A DNA stretch of 64,000 bases. Origin: Squalus acanthias (Eukaryota). The notes under the pieces are model-generated. The model worked only from the letters and a program-made list of their open reading frames with translations, was not told the origin of the DNA and did no database searches. Position 1 is the first letter of the stretch; the number at the start of each line of letters is the position of its first letter. Below, piece by piece: positions 13,493 through 26,449 of this stretch. The stretch is from NCBI GenBank assembly GCA_030390025.1, contig CM059431.1, forward strand, positions 121,894,001 through 121,958,000. Reading direction: 5' to 3'. The position numbers and the translations under genes are program-made.

Positions 13493-16280
13493 CTATCTGT
13501 GTGTTAACTTCCTCTTGCGTGTACTTCCACGTGGTGCTTCCCCTGTGGCTTCAGCAGATGTAGAGACATCTTGCTCACTTTGATGCTGCGCCTGCTTAGG
13601 TACTTTTGGTGGGCATCCTCTGGGTTTGGGAGCCTGGGAGGGCTCCTCCACAGTCTGCTCTTCCTGTGGCTGTGCAGGGGCTGAGACGGCTATCTCATTT
13701 GGGTGCGGAATCTGGGGCTCTGACCGCGGGCTCCTCAGTGGCATTGTCGTGTGTGCGCTTGGAGAGGAGCCCACACTTCCTGGTTGTCGAACACTAACAT
13801 CCCTCTCATGTGGCACCCACACTTCACTGCTAGCAAGTGGCTGGAGAGCACCTTGTTGCACATCAGTGGGGCCATGAGGACCCATCTCTGTACTGACAGT
13901 CCTCATAACGGGGACGTCTATGTACCTCTGGTGTCTCTCCTCAATAGATGTCCATCTATCCTCCATAGCAGACCATCTATTTAGTAGAGTCACCATGCTC
14001 TGTTGAGTCTGGCGAGTTATGTCCTCCAAAGAGGTTGCCACCCTCTCCATGGCGGCACATTCATGCGCCATTGCCTCCACCATGGTAGTGCTCATGTTTG
14101 AGATGGACTCCTCCATTCTCTGCACACTCGCAGTTACTGTGGATGCAAAACCTGTCAGAGACTCCTGCAGTTGTTGCTGAAGTACCAGCACCGCTCTCTT
14201 TCTGGATGGCCACAGAGGCACAGTGTCTGCATGCAGCTGAGCAGAGCTAGGAGAGTCCTGCGACCTCCAACGAGGACTCTCCACTGCTGTCACTGTCTCC
14301 ACCATCTGCTGGTGCTCACTTGTAAGCTGTGATACACCAGGTGACAACACTACTCTATCTCGCGAATGTCCCACCGAGGTGCGCATCTCTGCTCTGGTGC
14401 TGGGTGCGCTGAGTCCTGGTGACGCTACTCCCTCAGAGGCTGCAGGTTCCTCTGAGAATTCGTCCGACTCTTCCTCCTGGACATTGGGGAGGGGGGCTCT
14501 TGATGGTCCTGTGGGAGAGTAAAGGCATGAATTAGACATCTGCGGGCGCAATTATCGGCCGGGCGCAATGTTTAGTGCCTGGCGCTAATTATCGCCTCCG
14601 ACTGCAAAATTGGCTTCTAGCACCCCTGGAGGTGATTGGAGCACTAAATCAGGCGCTACACACCTCTCTTAAGGCACTAACGCCGAGGAGCGAGGCGCTA
14701 TCATAGAGCACTGGCGAAACTCATGTGATGTCAGTCAGCAATGGAACACAGACACACTGGCGCCAGCCAGTTCTTAAAGGGGAGGGTCAATCTTGCTCTC
14801 CATCCACACCTTGCTCATTGCAGCCTGGAATCTCGGCCTGGAGAGACCTGTGCATCAAATCTGCTGGAAAGAACAATGGAGAGGCCCAGGGAAAGATCTC
14901 AGAGTGCAGCCCCCAAAGTCTCTTCTAAATCGATGCAAGGAAGATCAAATCAAAATGAACCTGCAAAGTGCTGCTCAGTACTCAAAACTTCTCAACACAG
15001 CATTGAATATCTCCAGAAGTCTCTCTCACTCACTCAGACTGCGTGGTGCAAAAATGTCGCTGACAAAAAAAGGCAGGAAGCGGTCGCCTTTAAATAGCGC
15101 TCCCCAGTCCCTTCCCGACTGAAAAACACTCCCCTCAACCTGTCGTTGCTAGCGGCAGACAGTAAGGCAGGGGGCGCCACTCAATATCTGGTCCGGGGCG
15201 CTACCGGGGTGTTGCACGCTTGACTGACGTCACGATTTGCGGGTGCAGGAGTTTGTGGCGGTAGTGTTTAGTGCCGCCGCAAAATGTGGTCAATTTCGCG
15301 AGTGGCGCAAACATCACAGCGCCCGGGCGCTAGTTGCTTTGTGCCCCATTAGCGCCCTCTTAAGGCACTAATGGGAGGCACAAACCAACTGAATTTTCCC
15401 CCCCTGATATTTAGGTAGCAGACACAACCTATTGTGCAGATGATCAAAAGTCAATCTCTATGAACATCATTTGCCATTTCAGTCAATCATGAAATATAAA
15501 AGAGAGGGTTTAAAATGTATTCTGTCACCAGCTTCATCTAATGCGCCCGTCTCTCCGTCCCCCACATCCAGCTCCTCGCCGCCTCCAACTATCTTGTGAG
15601 CAGCCTCCTCAGCGCTTGTCAGCGTCGCAAGGGATGGTGGCCTTCCTCCTGCCTTCGCTCTCTCCCTCTTATTGTGGGCTATCTTTTCCTGCAAAGAGGG
15701 ACACAAATTGAGTTTCATCGAGATTGATGGAGTGAGTGTGAAGAATCCATAACATAAAAGCTTAGAGGGAGGCCAAGATGGAGTGAGGTGCCAAGAGGAA
15801 GCTGCCTCCCTGAGCGTTTTTAGTTGTTGTCATTGCATAACAGTGAGAGCGAATGTGAGGGGTGCATAGTAGGATGGTGAAGTGATTCTGTACATAGAGA
15901 GAGAGGGATAGGTAAGGGTGCAAGGGAAGTAAAGGTAAGGTGGGATGTGGAGGAGCAGGCTGACAATGCAGAGTGCTGGTGATGAGAAGAGAAGGGAAGC
16001 AGATTGAATTAAAGTGTGATGTGATACTCACTTTGGATGAGCACAGAAGATCATTGAAGCATTTTCGGCACTGGACCCATGTGCGTGAGCAAACTGACCT
16101 AGCGCTGACCCCCTCAGCAATTCGCAGCCAGGCTGCCTTTGTTTGCTGAGGAGGCTTACTCCGGCCATCGCAAGGGAACAGGATGTCCCTGCGCCCTCTT
16201 ACTCCCTCCACAAGAGCTTGGAGGGATCTTCAGCAAATCTCGGCGAAGCCTTTGCCCTTGCAGTAATCATCATGTGCTGG
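13493..16280 (-). pseudogene. Harbinger Myb/SANT-like (MADF-type) DNA-binding gene, 3 exons (~16280-16032, 15688-15529, 14508-13493)
   Basis: Exon 1 AAWLRIAEGVSARSVCSRTWVQCRKCFNDL with GTGAGT donor; exon 2 EKIAHNKRERAKAGG bounded by AG/GT; exon 3 open for >330 codons with basic C-terminal RKRK; frameshift early in exon 1. Confidence 0.85.
14543..15403. mobile_element. Non-autonomous Harbinger-type element nested in intron 2 of the Myb/SANT gene
   Basis: CTG/CTG 3-bp TSD; right end gaattttcccccc; shares blocks with 5340-5664 and 17716-17850. Confidence 0.65.
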
Positions 16281-17715
16281 ACGATTCCCAAAGCAGCAGA
16301 AACCAAATGAGAAGCTAGGGCTGAATGGAGCCCTATAAAAACAACTGAATGAGTGACGTCAGCAGAGGCAAGCAGCAGACCCGCTCCCACTCATTGGGCC
16401 GGGTAGCGCGCATGGCAGCCTTAATGAGGCCACTTAACTCAAAATCTAGATTGGGGAGCGGCTGAAACCGACAGCGGGACTGGGACCCGCCCACCAGGCA
16501 ACCCAACTCCAACCCAACTCCTCCATTAAATTTTCGGCCAAAGTGTCTGCAAAGGGACATAGATAGACTAAGTGAGTGGGCAGCAAGGTGTCAGATGGAG
16601 TATAATGTAGGGAAATGTGAGGTTATTCACTTTGATAGGAAGAATAGAAAAAAAGAATATTTTTTAAATGGTGAGAAACTTTCAAATGTTGGTGTTCAGA
16701 GAGATTTGGGTGTCCTAGTGCAAGAAACACAGAAAGCTAGCATGCAGGTACAGCAAGCAATAAGGAAGGCAAATGGCATGTTGGCCTTTATTGCAAGGGG
16801 GCTGGAGTATAAGAGTAAGGAAGCCTTGCTGCAATTGCACAGGGCCTTGGTGAGACCACGCCTGGAGTACTGAGCACAGTTTTGGTCTCCTTATTTAAGG
16901 AAGGATATACTTGCCTTGGAGTCGGTGCAATGAAGGTTCACTAGATTGATTCCTGGGATGAGAGGGCTGTCTATGATGAGAGATTGTGTAGAATGGGCCT
17001 ATACTCTCTGGAGTTTAGAAGAATGAGAGGTGATCTCATTGAAACATACAAGATTCTGGAGGGGATTGTCAGGGTAGATGCTGAGAGGTTGTTTTCCCTG
17101 GCTGGAGTGTCTAGAACTAGGGGGCATAGTCTCAGGATAAGGGGTAGGCCATTTAAAACTGAGATGAGGAGGAATTTCTTCACTCAGAGGTTGTGAATCT
17201 TTGGAATTCTCTGCCCCAGAGGGCTGTGAATGCTGAGTCTTTGAGTATATTCAAGGCTGAGATAGATAGATTTTTGGACTCTAGGGGAATCAAGGGATAT
17301 GGGGATCGGGCGGGAAAGTGGAGTTGAAGTCGATGATCAGCCATGATCTTATTCAATGGCAGAGCAGGCTCAAGGGGCCATATAGCCTACTCCTGCTCTT
17401 ATTTCTTATGTTCTTATGTTCATTTGTCCCAGCTAGCAGCAGTACCGGAATTTGATATTGCTAAATTCTTATATTCTTTGTGTTCACACTTCCTTCATGA
17501 TCTTCACATGCACATGTCATGATTGGTTCCTTCAGGCATGCCTATACCCCTTGTTCATGGTTGGTTCAAACTTCAGTGGGGTTACCTCATAGTGCATGTT
17601 ACTTGCTGCTGATCAGTGGTTTCTTATCTCAAGAATGTACCAGTCAGCCCTTCTGATTCCATAGAAAGCCAAGATTTATCCTTGGTTACCAGCTACCTTT
17701 GTCTAACAAATAATT

Positions 17716-17852
17716 GGGGGAGAAATTCTTTTGAAAGCTGGAAAAATTAGTGCCAGGCGCTAATGATTCTCAGCTTTCTCTAAATTTGGTGTTAGCACTC
17801 CAGGAAGGAAGTGGAGCGCTAAATCATGTGCTCCACTTCCTTCCTGGAGAGC
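17716..17852 (+). mobile_element. Left-end fragment of the same MITE family
   Basis: gggggagaaattc...ttagtgccaggcgctaat...ggagcgctaaatc matches 14570-14655. Confidence 0.55.
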
Positions 17853-18045
17853 TAAAGGACGCAGGCGGATTCCGTAGGAACTTTCAAAAGGCAATTGGGC
17901 ATGTACTTGAAGAGGACAAATTTGCAATGTTATGAAGAAAAAGCTGAGGTGTGGGACTAAATTGGACACCTCTTTCAAAGAGCCAGCACATCCATGACAG
18001 GCCAAATGGCCTCCTTCTGTGCTGTAACATTCTATGATTCTATGC
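17853..18045 (+). mobile_element. CR1 3' end fragment
   Basis: ggccaaatggcctccttctgtgctgtaac followed by (attctatg)n tail. Confidence 0.75.
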
Positions 18046-18407
18046 TTTTAATACATTGAAGACGGCATCATTCTCTTGATAATAAGGTTAAGCTGATGAT
18101 ATTAGAATGATATTACAATTGCAAAAAGTGTGCATGTAATATATTTGGGCATAGTGAACAAGAAGTAAAGCATACATCAGTGTTTATATTATGCCACTAA
18201 TCGTTTTTTGGCAAGAGAATAAGGCAGCTAGGTAAAACTCCTTATATATACCTGCATAGACACTGAGATCCTTAGGTAATGACTCAACTAAAATCCACCA
18301 ATCAATTTTCCCTCTCTAAACACCTGCAAAGTCCACAAGATAAAATAGAGTACTGCCTGGGAGACAGATACATATACAGTATTCATGAAGCAAATGTCTA
18401 TTTATAG

Positions 18408-18940
18408 TAAATAAAAACAGAAAATGTGAGAAATACTCAGCAGGTCAGGCAGCATCTGTGGAGAGAGAAACAAAGTTAACGTTTCAGGTCGATGACCTTT
18501 CATCAGAACTGGAAAAAGTTAGAGATGTAACAGGATTTAAGCAAGTACAGAGGCAGGGAAAGGGGGAGGGGAGGAAAGAACAAAAGAGAAGGTCTGTGAC
18601 AGCGTGGCTGGCAGGAGAAATTAAATGACAAAACAAATGATGATGCAAGGCAAAAGAGGATTGCAATGAGACAAATAAAGTAACGATGGGTCTAGAGGAG
18701 GTGTAAATAGGAATAGCAGAATCATTACCAACAGACAACAAATGCTGTCCAAAAAAATGCAGGCAGTGGTTATGATCTAAAATTGTTGAACTCAATGTTG
18801 AGTCCGGAAGGCTGTAAAGTGCCGAATCGAAAGATGAGGTGCTGTTTCTCGAGCTTACGTTGAGCTTCATTAGAACAGTGTAGGAGTCTGAGGACAGAGA
18901 GGTCAGAGTGTGAGTGGGGCAGTGAATTAAAATGACAGGC
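18408..18940 (-). mobile_element. Penelope-like element 3' end (GIY-YIG C-terminus and pLTR)
   Basis: ORF 18770-18988 LLHCSNEAQRKLEKQHLIFRFGTLQPSGLNIEF; homologous to 26450-26912 and 27070-27765. Confidence 0.85.
18474..18510 (-). ncRNA. Minimal type-I hammerhead ribozyme motif (Penelope-associated)
   Basis: Minus strand agtt-CTGATGA-a-aggtc-atc-gacct-GAAA-cgtt-aact: stem I agtt/aact, stem II aggtc/gacct, palindromic AACGTT instead of stem III. Confidence 0.75.
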
Positions 18941-19020
18941 CAATTTATAGAATATGTTAAAATAAAATGGCACTTGTTTCTTGATCATTAGATGAGTCTA
19001 TGATTACAAATGTGGCTATG

Positions 19021-19458
19021 TGTTAGCTGTATGGCTCAGTGATAGCACCCTTGCTTATGAGTCAAAAGTTTGTGGGTTCAAATTTGACTCCAGAGGTTTG
19101 AGGATAAAATCCAGGTTAACACTCCAGTACAGTACTGAGGGAGAGCTTCACTGTTGGAGGTGTTGTCTTTCCAATGAGACATTAAGTCAAGGCTCTCTCA
19201 GGAGGACGTAAAAGATTTCATGGCACTATTTGAGGAAGAGCAAGGGAGTTATCCTTCAATCAACATCATTAGAAAGACATTATCTTGTCATTTTCATATT
19301 GCTTTTTGAGTGACCTTGCTGTGTGCAGATTGGCTTCCGCGTTTCCTACATTACAACTGTGATGTACACTACAGTTCAAAAGTACGTAATTGGATGTAAG
19401 GCTTTTTGGGATATCCTGAGGTCATGAAAAGCACTGTATAAATTCAAATCTTTCTTTA
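19021..19458 (+). mobile_element. tRNA-derived DeuSINE (SacSINE1/AmnSINE-like)
   Basis: A box tggctcagtga, B box gggttcaaat, Deu-domain-like ggaggtg..gtcttt..gagacattaa..gacgtaaaagat..catggcactatt, L2-type tail ending (cttt)n. Confidence 0.8.
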
Positions 19459-19726
19459 TTACTTTAAATAGCATTGGGGACGATGATGTAGTCTGGACAT
19501 AGTGTTGGTGGGACAGCTATATATAGTAGGTACGTCTTTTCATGAGGTCAGCCCATTTTACTAATTACCATACACACTGTGCACAGATTAGCTGATGTAA
19601 AGGTAGTGTGCTGGGGTCATCGGGTGGGAAATCTGGTGAGTGAGTAGTTATTAATAGACTTTTCCTTGCAGTTAATGCTGAACTGAACATTTTTCAAGTT
19701 CTTTTTTACCAAATTGCATTTGAATA

Positions 19727-19970
19727 TGGAAGCGAGGACGAAGAGCAGCAGGACTGCTCCTTTTGAGAATGGAGCCCTGGAGGTGTTCCTTCAGAAGTTG
19801 CTGCATGGGAATGTTGCACTCTCTGAAACCAAGGGACACGCTCCAATCTGGATCATGGTCCGAAATGCATGGGTGGTGCTGGCAGAATGAGTCAACGCAG
19901 TGTATCACCTTTACAGTTAATGGGAACAGATGAGAAATAAATATTTGTGACTCATTTAGACTTCCAAGGT
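19727..19970 (+). pseudogene. Decayed Harbinger Myb/SANT exon 1
   Basis: MEARTKSSRTAPFENGALEVFLQ..NAWVVLAE*VNAV..WEQMRNK..TSK|GTAAG; same layout and donor as 16280-16032, with stops. Confidence 0.6.
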
Positions 19971-20084
19971 AAGAGTACACACACTTTGCCTGATTTTATT
20001 ATATGGTGTCATGATGACCACCAAGAGTTCACTCTTACCTTGGTACTGCTTCACCAAGGCAACATGCACAGCAGTCTATTTGGT

Positions 20085-20550
20085 TAGAGTTAAGAAATAA
20101 GAGAGGTGCCATTACACTACTAGGTGTATTCTATAGGCCACCAACTAGTGGGAAGGATATAGAGGAGCAAATTTGCAGGGAAATTACAGAGAGGTGCAAG
20201 AACTATAGAGTAGTGATAATGGGGGACTTCAACTTTCCTAATATAGACCGGGATAGTAATAGTGTAAAGGGCAGAGAGGGGGAAGAATTTCTGAAGTGTG
20301 TTCAGGAGAACTTTCTTGATCAGTATGTTTCCGGCCCAACGAGGAAAGAGGCATTGCTGGATCGGGTTCTGGGGAATGAGATGGGTCAAGTTGAGCAAGT
20401 GTCAGTCGGTGAACATTTAGGGAACAGTGATCATAGTATCATAAATTTTAGATTAGCTATGGAAAGGACAGGGAGCAATCTAGAGTAAAAATAATTAATT
20501 GGAGGAAGGCCCAATTTCAATGGGTTGAGAACAGATCTGGCCCGGGTAAA
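20085..20550 (+). mobile_element. CR1 endonuclease-domain fragment
   Basis: GVFYRPP, IMGDFNFPNID, LDRVLGNE, LGNSDHSII. Confidence 0.88.
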
Positions 20551-20551
20551 T

Positions 20552-22090
20552 TTCCTGTCTTTCATCATCTAACTCTATCAGCATAACCCTCTATTACCTT
20601 CTCCTCATATGCTTATCTAACCACCCCTTAAATGTATCTATACTATTCACTTCAACCACTCCCTGTGGTAGCAAGTTCCACATTCTCACCACTCTCTGGG
20701 TAGAGAAGTTTCTTCTGCATTCCCTATTTGATTTCTTGGTGACTATCTTATATTGATGGGCTGTAGTTTTTCTCTTCCCCACAAGTGGAAACAGTCTCTC
20801 TGTATCTACTCTATCAAAACCTTTCATCATTTTAAAAGACCTCTATTAGGTCACCCCTCAGTCTTCTCTTTTCAAGAGAAAAGAGACCCAGCCTGTTCAT
20901 CCTTTCCTGATTGGTATAACCTCGTATTTCTGGTATCATCCTTGTAAATCTTCTCTGCACCCTCTCCAGTACCTCTATATCTTTTTTATAATATGGCGAC
21001 CAGAATTGTACGCAGTACTCCAAGTGTGGTCTAACCAAGATTCGATACAAGTTTAGCATAACTTCACAACTTTTCTATTCAACCCCTCTAGAAATAAACA
21101 CTAGTTTATTTAGTTTACTGTTTTTTTTATGGTCTTGTTAACTTGTTTTGCTACTTTTAGTGATTTGTATATTTGTACTCCGAGATCCCTCTGCTCTTCT
21201 ACCCCATTTAGATTTGTACTTTCCAAGTAATATGTGACCTCCCTATTTTTCTTACCAAAATGTAATACCTCACATTTATCTCTGTTGAAATTCATTTGCC
21301 AATTATATGCCCATTCTGCAAGTTTATTAATGTCTTCCTGTAATTTGTTGTAGTCCTCCTCAGTATTGACTACCCCCCCAAATTTGGTGTCATCCGCAAA
21401 TTTAGATATTGTGTTTTTGATTCCAAAGCCTAAATCGTTAATATAAATTGTGAACAACAGTGGTCTCAGCACTGATCCTAGTGGAACACCACTTCCCACC
21501 TCCTGCCTCTCTGAATAGTTACCCTTTACCCCATACTCTCTGCTTTCTGTCTTGAAGCCAGCTAGCTATCCATTCTGCTACTCGTCCCCTGACTCCGCAT
21601 TGTTTGACCTTATTCATTAGTCTATTATGTGGTACTTTATCGAAGGCCTTTTGAAAATCTAGATACATTACATCTACTGCATTACCCTTGTTGACTCTCT
21701 CTGTTACCTCTTCAAAAAATTCAATGAGGTTGGTCAAGCAAGACTTTCCCTTTTGAAATCCATGCTGACTATTCATTATTATATTTTTGGTTTCTAGATG
21801 TTTTTCTATTTTCTCCCTTAGTAGTTTTTTCCATTATTTTTCCTACCACTGATATTAAGCTGACTGGTCTATAGTTCGCTGGACATGTTCGAGCTCTCTG
21901 CGTTAATACAGGTATTACGTTAGCTATCCACCAGTCCTCTGGCACTACACCATTTTCTAATGAATGATTAAAAATGCCTCTGCTATCTCTTCCCTTAAAA
22001 TGCACGGGTGTAATCTGTCTGGGCCAGTGATTTTATCCTCTTTGCGTTTGATTAGTTTATTTAATATATCTCCTCTTTTTATTTTAAATG
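20552..22090 (-). mobile_element. CR1 RT fragment
   Basis: [58 protein letters not shown] in ORFs 20594-22005. Confidence 0.92.
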
Positions 22091-22489
22091 CAATAGTTTT
22101 GGAGCCAGCAGTTGCAGAACTATCTCATGGTCCTGCACAAGGTGGTTCTGATTCAGAAAAGCCAACACACTGATGCCCAGTAGCCAGGCAGCACATTTCC
22201 TTCGCTCAGTGGGGAATCACTGAGATAGAGCCCTAGTGTTAGAATAGAATCTCTTTTAATCCTTTCAGTATTGAGCTTTGCTAGAGTGAAATTTAGTATT
22301 GAGTTTTGTTAATGTATAGTTTTATTTTACTCTTCAGAATGTATGAAAAGATGATGTTGAAACAGAAGTTTCTTACAGTTAGAGCTGTTGTTATCCTCAA
22401 GGTCCTTACAGCGAATCATCATCTGCATGAACAGAAAAAACATTGTGTTGAAGCTAAAAGAGAGATAAGGGATTACTGGGGAAATACCT

Positions 22490-22805
22490 GATTGGATGTA
22501 TTTTGTCACAGTTCCATTTTTTAGGATATAATAGGGAAATTGGGCTTTTTTTAGCATAGAGGCATTCACCAGACGAAGAAGACAGCTGTAGACAGGAAGA
22601 GGCAACAGGCATCGATAGTTACAACCCCCTACCTAAATCGGACCGGGTAATATCATTTCTTGCTCCATTTTGTTAATTACTGTTTAGATACTTGCATGTA
22701 TCGACTTTATTTTACTTCTGAAAATAAACTGTTACTGTAACCCAGTGGTGTCGGCTCTAACCTATTGGACTTAAAAAAAGAGGCCTAAAACTAAGTTTTC
22801 TTACA
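22490..22805 (+). mobile_element. Possible LTR 3' portion
   Basis: AATAAA at ~22723 and U5-like end ...gttttcttaca; 5' boundary and TSD not resolved. Confidence 0.3.
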
Positions 22806-23289
22806 CTAGATTAGGTGGTTAAAGACACACACCATACACTTTCACAACGGGGAAACACCTGGGCAAGTCACAGTGCTCATGTAATTCACACTATTTGGGA
22901 AAATAAAGTGAGTGTAAGTTATTTCAACTGTGTCCTGAGGCTTCACTTGTGATGAATCAGATAGCAGCAGAGAAGGGGATTATTAACCGTACTAGTTGAT
23001 GTAGGACCGAGTATAATGGCGAAGATCGTGCTTTGGTGAACTTTAATAATGTTTGTGCATTGGATGGAACAGGTACTGATGTGAAGGTCCTGTTGATTCG
23101 AGTCTGCTTGACATTTTGGGGTAGAGCTTCGACTTTGTGAGATTGTGTAAAATGGGTGATAGCAAGTCGACAGTCCGTTTTACTTCTCTCTAGAATTTTA
23201 TTTCCATTGAGTCACTGGCTCCCACCCAATGACTGGTACCTTTCCCTTGGAAAATCATCCAGTGCACAGCAGGCAGCCAGCAGCCTTTC

Positions 23290-23430
23290 ACTGGATAGAG
23301 CTGGCATCATGCCTGTGCCTGCTCTATCTAAAGAGCTAACCAATTTGTCCCACTCCCCTGCTCTTTCCCCATAGCCCTGCATTTTTCTCCCCTTGAACTA
23401 TTTATCCAATTCCTTTTGAAAGTTATCATT
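23290..23430 (-). mobile_element. CR1 3' end fragment
   Basis: Reverse complement resembles 17890-18000 (tcccactcccctgctctttccccatagccctgc). Confidence 0.6.
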
Positions 23431-24664
23431 TGTGCACAGAGGAACTGTTGTGCTGAAGCAGCTAGTTAGTTCAGATGTCATTCGTTCAGGGATCAACCAT
23501 TGTAGCCCTTTTTCTGACCTAGGTTCCTGTCTAGTAAGACTTCATGCTAGGAGCACAGGGGCACTTCATTAGTCCTGCAGATTCCCACAGCAACAGCATC
23601 TGGTGTACAAGCTAAGCAATTACCTGTGCATGTATATAGCTCTTGTCACTGTGAGAGCTGGGAGCAGTGCCGGAAAAAGCAAGCATTCTTGTAAATAATG
23701 TGTCCTTGTCTGGAAGTGCAGTCTCTGACTCCTCGTTGATGACATAAGAACCAGAGAGGTTAAAACTTGGTTTAAACCAAGAGACTACATCTTGGCTTCA
23801 CTAATGCTGCTTATTGATGTTGAGAAACTGATCTGGAAAGGTGCCTTCTTGAGGGAAAGAGCCTTGCTTTGAGAAATTACCCTAGGCATTGTTTACTGAC
23901 TGATGCCCATAATTGCTCTTTTGAGTGTTCATGAACGTTAAGGTTAGCAGCCAATTTTACTATCAAGCCATAATTGGTGTGAGCCTGGTACTCCAAATCC
24001 TTTTAATTCATTAAGCACATCATGCAGCATTTGTTTATATTAAATCAAAATCTCCAAAAATGGAGTCTGTCAGGCCAATCAATAAAGTTAACCTGACGTT
24101 TGTCAATCCTGAGGTATAACTCTCTTTCTCCAGTTCTTTTAGGCTTGTACCTCTGACTGTAATCAAACCAGCAGCCATCTTGTGTTCTGTGCCTTCTTGT
24201 ACTTGAATGCTGAGGGGATGAAGATCAGGACATGAGTTGAAGATAACCATTTTCTTTCATGAATAAAATCATCATCTATGGTATAATTCCTAAGTTATAG
24301 AAACATAAAATGCACCGGCAGACACAAAATAAATGAACACAGCATGGGCTGCAGAATATGCACACACCAGAAGATGGACTAAAATATGAATTCTGATTTT
24401 GCAATGACAGCAAAATTGGGGTTGCTCCCACCTATAGACAGGCGTGTACTGCTGGTGAGGAATGCTACCCTCAACTCAGTTAACGAGGCTAACGGCTTCT
24501 CCAAAATATAATCGATTTCCTATTGGAAAATGGGCACAGGGAGCTTGGCTACCAATACAGTTGACTGTGTGGGGGAGCGGGATCCAGCTCTTAAAGGGCT
24601 GCTATTGGTAATTAATGCCAAAAAAGGGGAAGGCTCTTTTGCTGCTTGAAAAATCACTTACAAA

Positions 24665-25030
24665 TGACTATGGAAGTAAGAAGAAATGTGAGGAAAATAT
24701 CTCTTTTTGAAAATGATGCCTTGGAATTTGTGCTGCAGGGATGTAGCAGAAAAGGGTAGTCCTGATTGGGAGAGAAGACCACCTTCCAGTCAAAGTGGAG
24801 ATAAGAGCTGCCTGAATGGAGGTTGTGGATATCATGAATGTGGAAAAGGTTTTGTGCTATCAGGAGGACTGCCAAAGTAAGTGTACCCACTATTATATAC
24901 ATTATTTTATCATTGGGGCATGTTTCACATGGCACAAACAAACATATAAGTTGCAGAACCCTCATGAAAGTAGCATGCAAAGCATACAAACAACCTTTTC
25001 CCTTTTCTATTGCAGGAATGCTGACGGGTA
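24665..25030 (+). pseudogene. Decayed Harbinger Myb/SANT exon relic
   Basis: NVRKISLFENDALEFVLQ..RAA*MEVV..WKRFCAIRRTAK|GTAAGT, then a TTGCAG acceptor at ~25015. Confidence 0.5.
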
Positions 25031-25236
25031 CACGTTTTGTGGGGTATACGTAACAGCTTACATTATGACAGATCTCCATTGAAAGGGATGTCCTGAACCA
25101 GCTGTACTACCAGACAATGCACATACACTCTGTTGGAATATACTCACACAAAGGGGGTCGTGAACTGGGCCTGTTAATTTCTAACATGCGGATGTTGTAG
25201 GTATGCGCTCCCAGGTGAAGTCTGCTTAAAAAACAT

Positions 25237-25844
25237 GGGGGAGATTTTAACTCACAGTAGGTTTCCGGCGGGAAACCAGAGTTAGTTTCCCGCCCGCCCT
25301 CAGCAGTATGAGGCCATGGCGACTTTAACTGCTGGGGCTTGTCAACATGCCGTGCGTTGCCTTCACGCCCATTCCAGGCAGGAGGTGGGCAGGAAGCAAT
25401 TGCCAGCCTGTGAATAATCAGACAGCCTAAGGTAAATGTGTGGACAGGGGTTGCGGGGAAGGAGTTAGGGATTCCAGGGCAGGAGAGGCTGAAGCTTTCC
25501 TTGTGTGGCCTGAAGGAACATTCCTGCTCCCCCTAGTCCCACAAAGAAATGTAACAAACTTACCTTGAATGGTTTCTTCTACTTACAATCATCTTTTGAC
25601 AGACCTTCTCCTGTTGGGAAAGCCGCAAGGGCTTCCACCCTTGGGCTGGAGTTAAAATTGCACCCGGGGACCGATGATGTCATCGACCTCAATCTGTATA
25701 TTTAAATAAGGACCCTGCTGGTTTTGGGCGGGTGACTTAGCCACCTGTCCAGAGGTGCCTGTAGAAGTCAAAAATGGCAGGATCAGGGCGGGACATTGGC
25801 GGGTAAGGATTTTAACTGCTTACTCACCTTGGTATTTTTGGCCC
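25237..25844. mobile_element. Harbinger-type MITE
   Basis: Starts gggggagattttaact like 30825; similar internal blocks (cctgctcc, ttacct, tttaaat). Confidence 0.55.
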
Positions 25845-26449
25845 TAGGTCTGTGGGATGGGTAGGGAAGGGAGAGTTTAGATGTGTGCCATCAGTGCCCA
25901 GTAAATATCTTCCTTTTTTTTCCCCTCTTATTATTATCTTTGAACACTCTCTCACTCAGTAACACATTGCACAGCAGTAGCGTGGCACACTGAATATTGA
26001 CCTCTTATCTATGTTGTGAAACCTTTGCAATATATTTTCCTTCTATCTTCCTAGAAAGGCTTTTGAAGGTACCTCCATCCCTTGAGATGCATAATACATA
26101 CCAGTAGCCTGCCACCACTCTTGGTCCTCCTACCTAGGGAGCACTTAGATGGAATAATAGGTTATGCAGTAGAAGGGGCAGACCATACAATGTCACCAAG
26201 GGGAAGCACAGTAGAAGGCAGTCTTTGTTACATAAATATCACTGAATAAATCTTGAGTATTTTGCTTCTCCTTAGTGCAAATAGTTTTTTTTTGAGAACC
26301 CCCAAGTTAAGGTAAAAGCTGACGTTAGGATGGCGTAAGGTGGTATTTAAGGTACAGTAGATAGAAATCAATTTTTGAAAAACTGTGGTGTTTCATTCGT
26401 CCATAATATATCTGCAGGGGCTGAATCAAGAAGATACTGGAAGCAATAT

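Larger units (their letters stand above)
11591..16539. mobile_element. Full-length Harbinger/PIF DNA transposon with convergent transposase (+) and Myb/SANT-like (-) genes
   Basis: Imperfect TIRs ggatgtgaatttaatagag and (rc) ggccgaaaatttaatggag; 3-bp TSD TAA/AAA; cleanly interrupts the CR1 reading frame. Confidence 0.9.
10550..17420 (+). mobile_element. CR1 LINE (RT half to 3' tail) split by the Harbinger insertion at 11591-16539
   Basis: RT motifs KSPGPD..QHGF, YLDFQKAF..FADDTK to 11590; resumes at 16540 (ctgcaaagggacatagatag; MEYNVGKC..RGDLIETYK); (ttcttatg)n tail at ~17400-17420. Confidence 0.93.
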
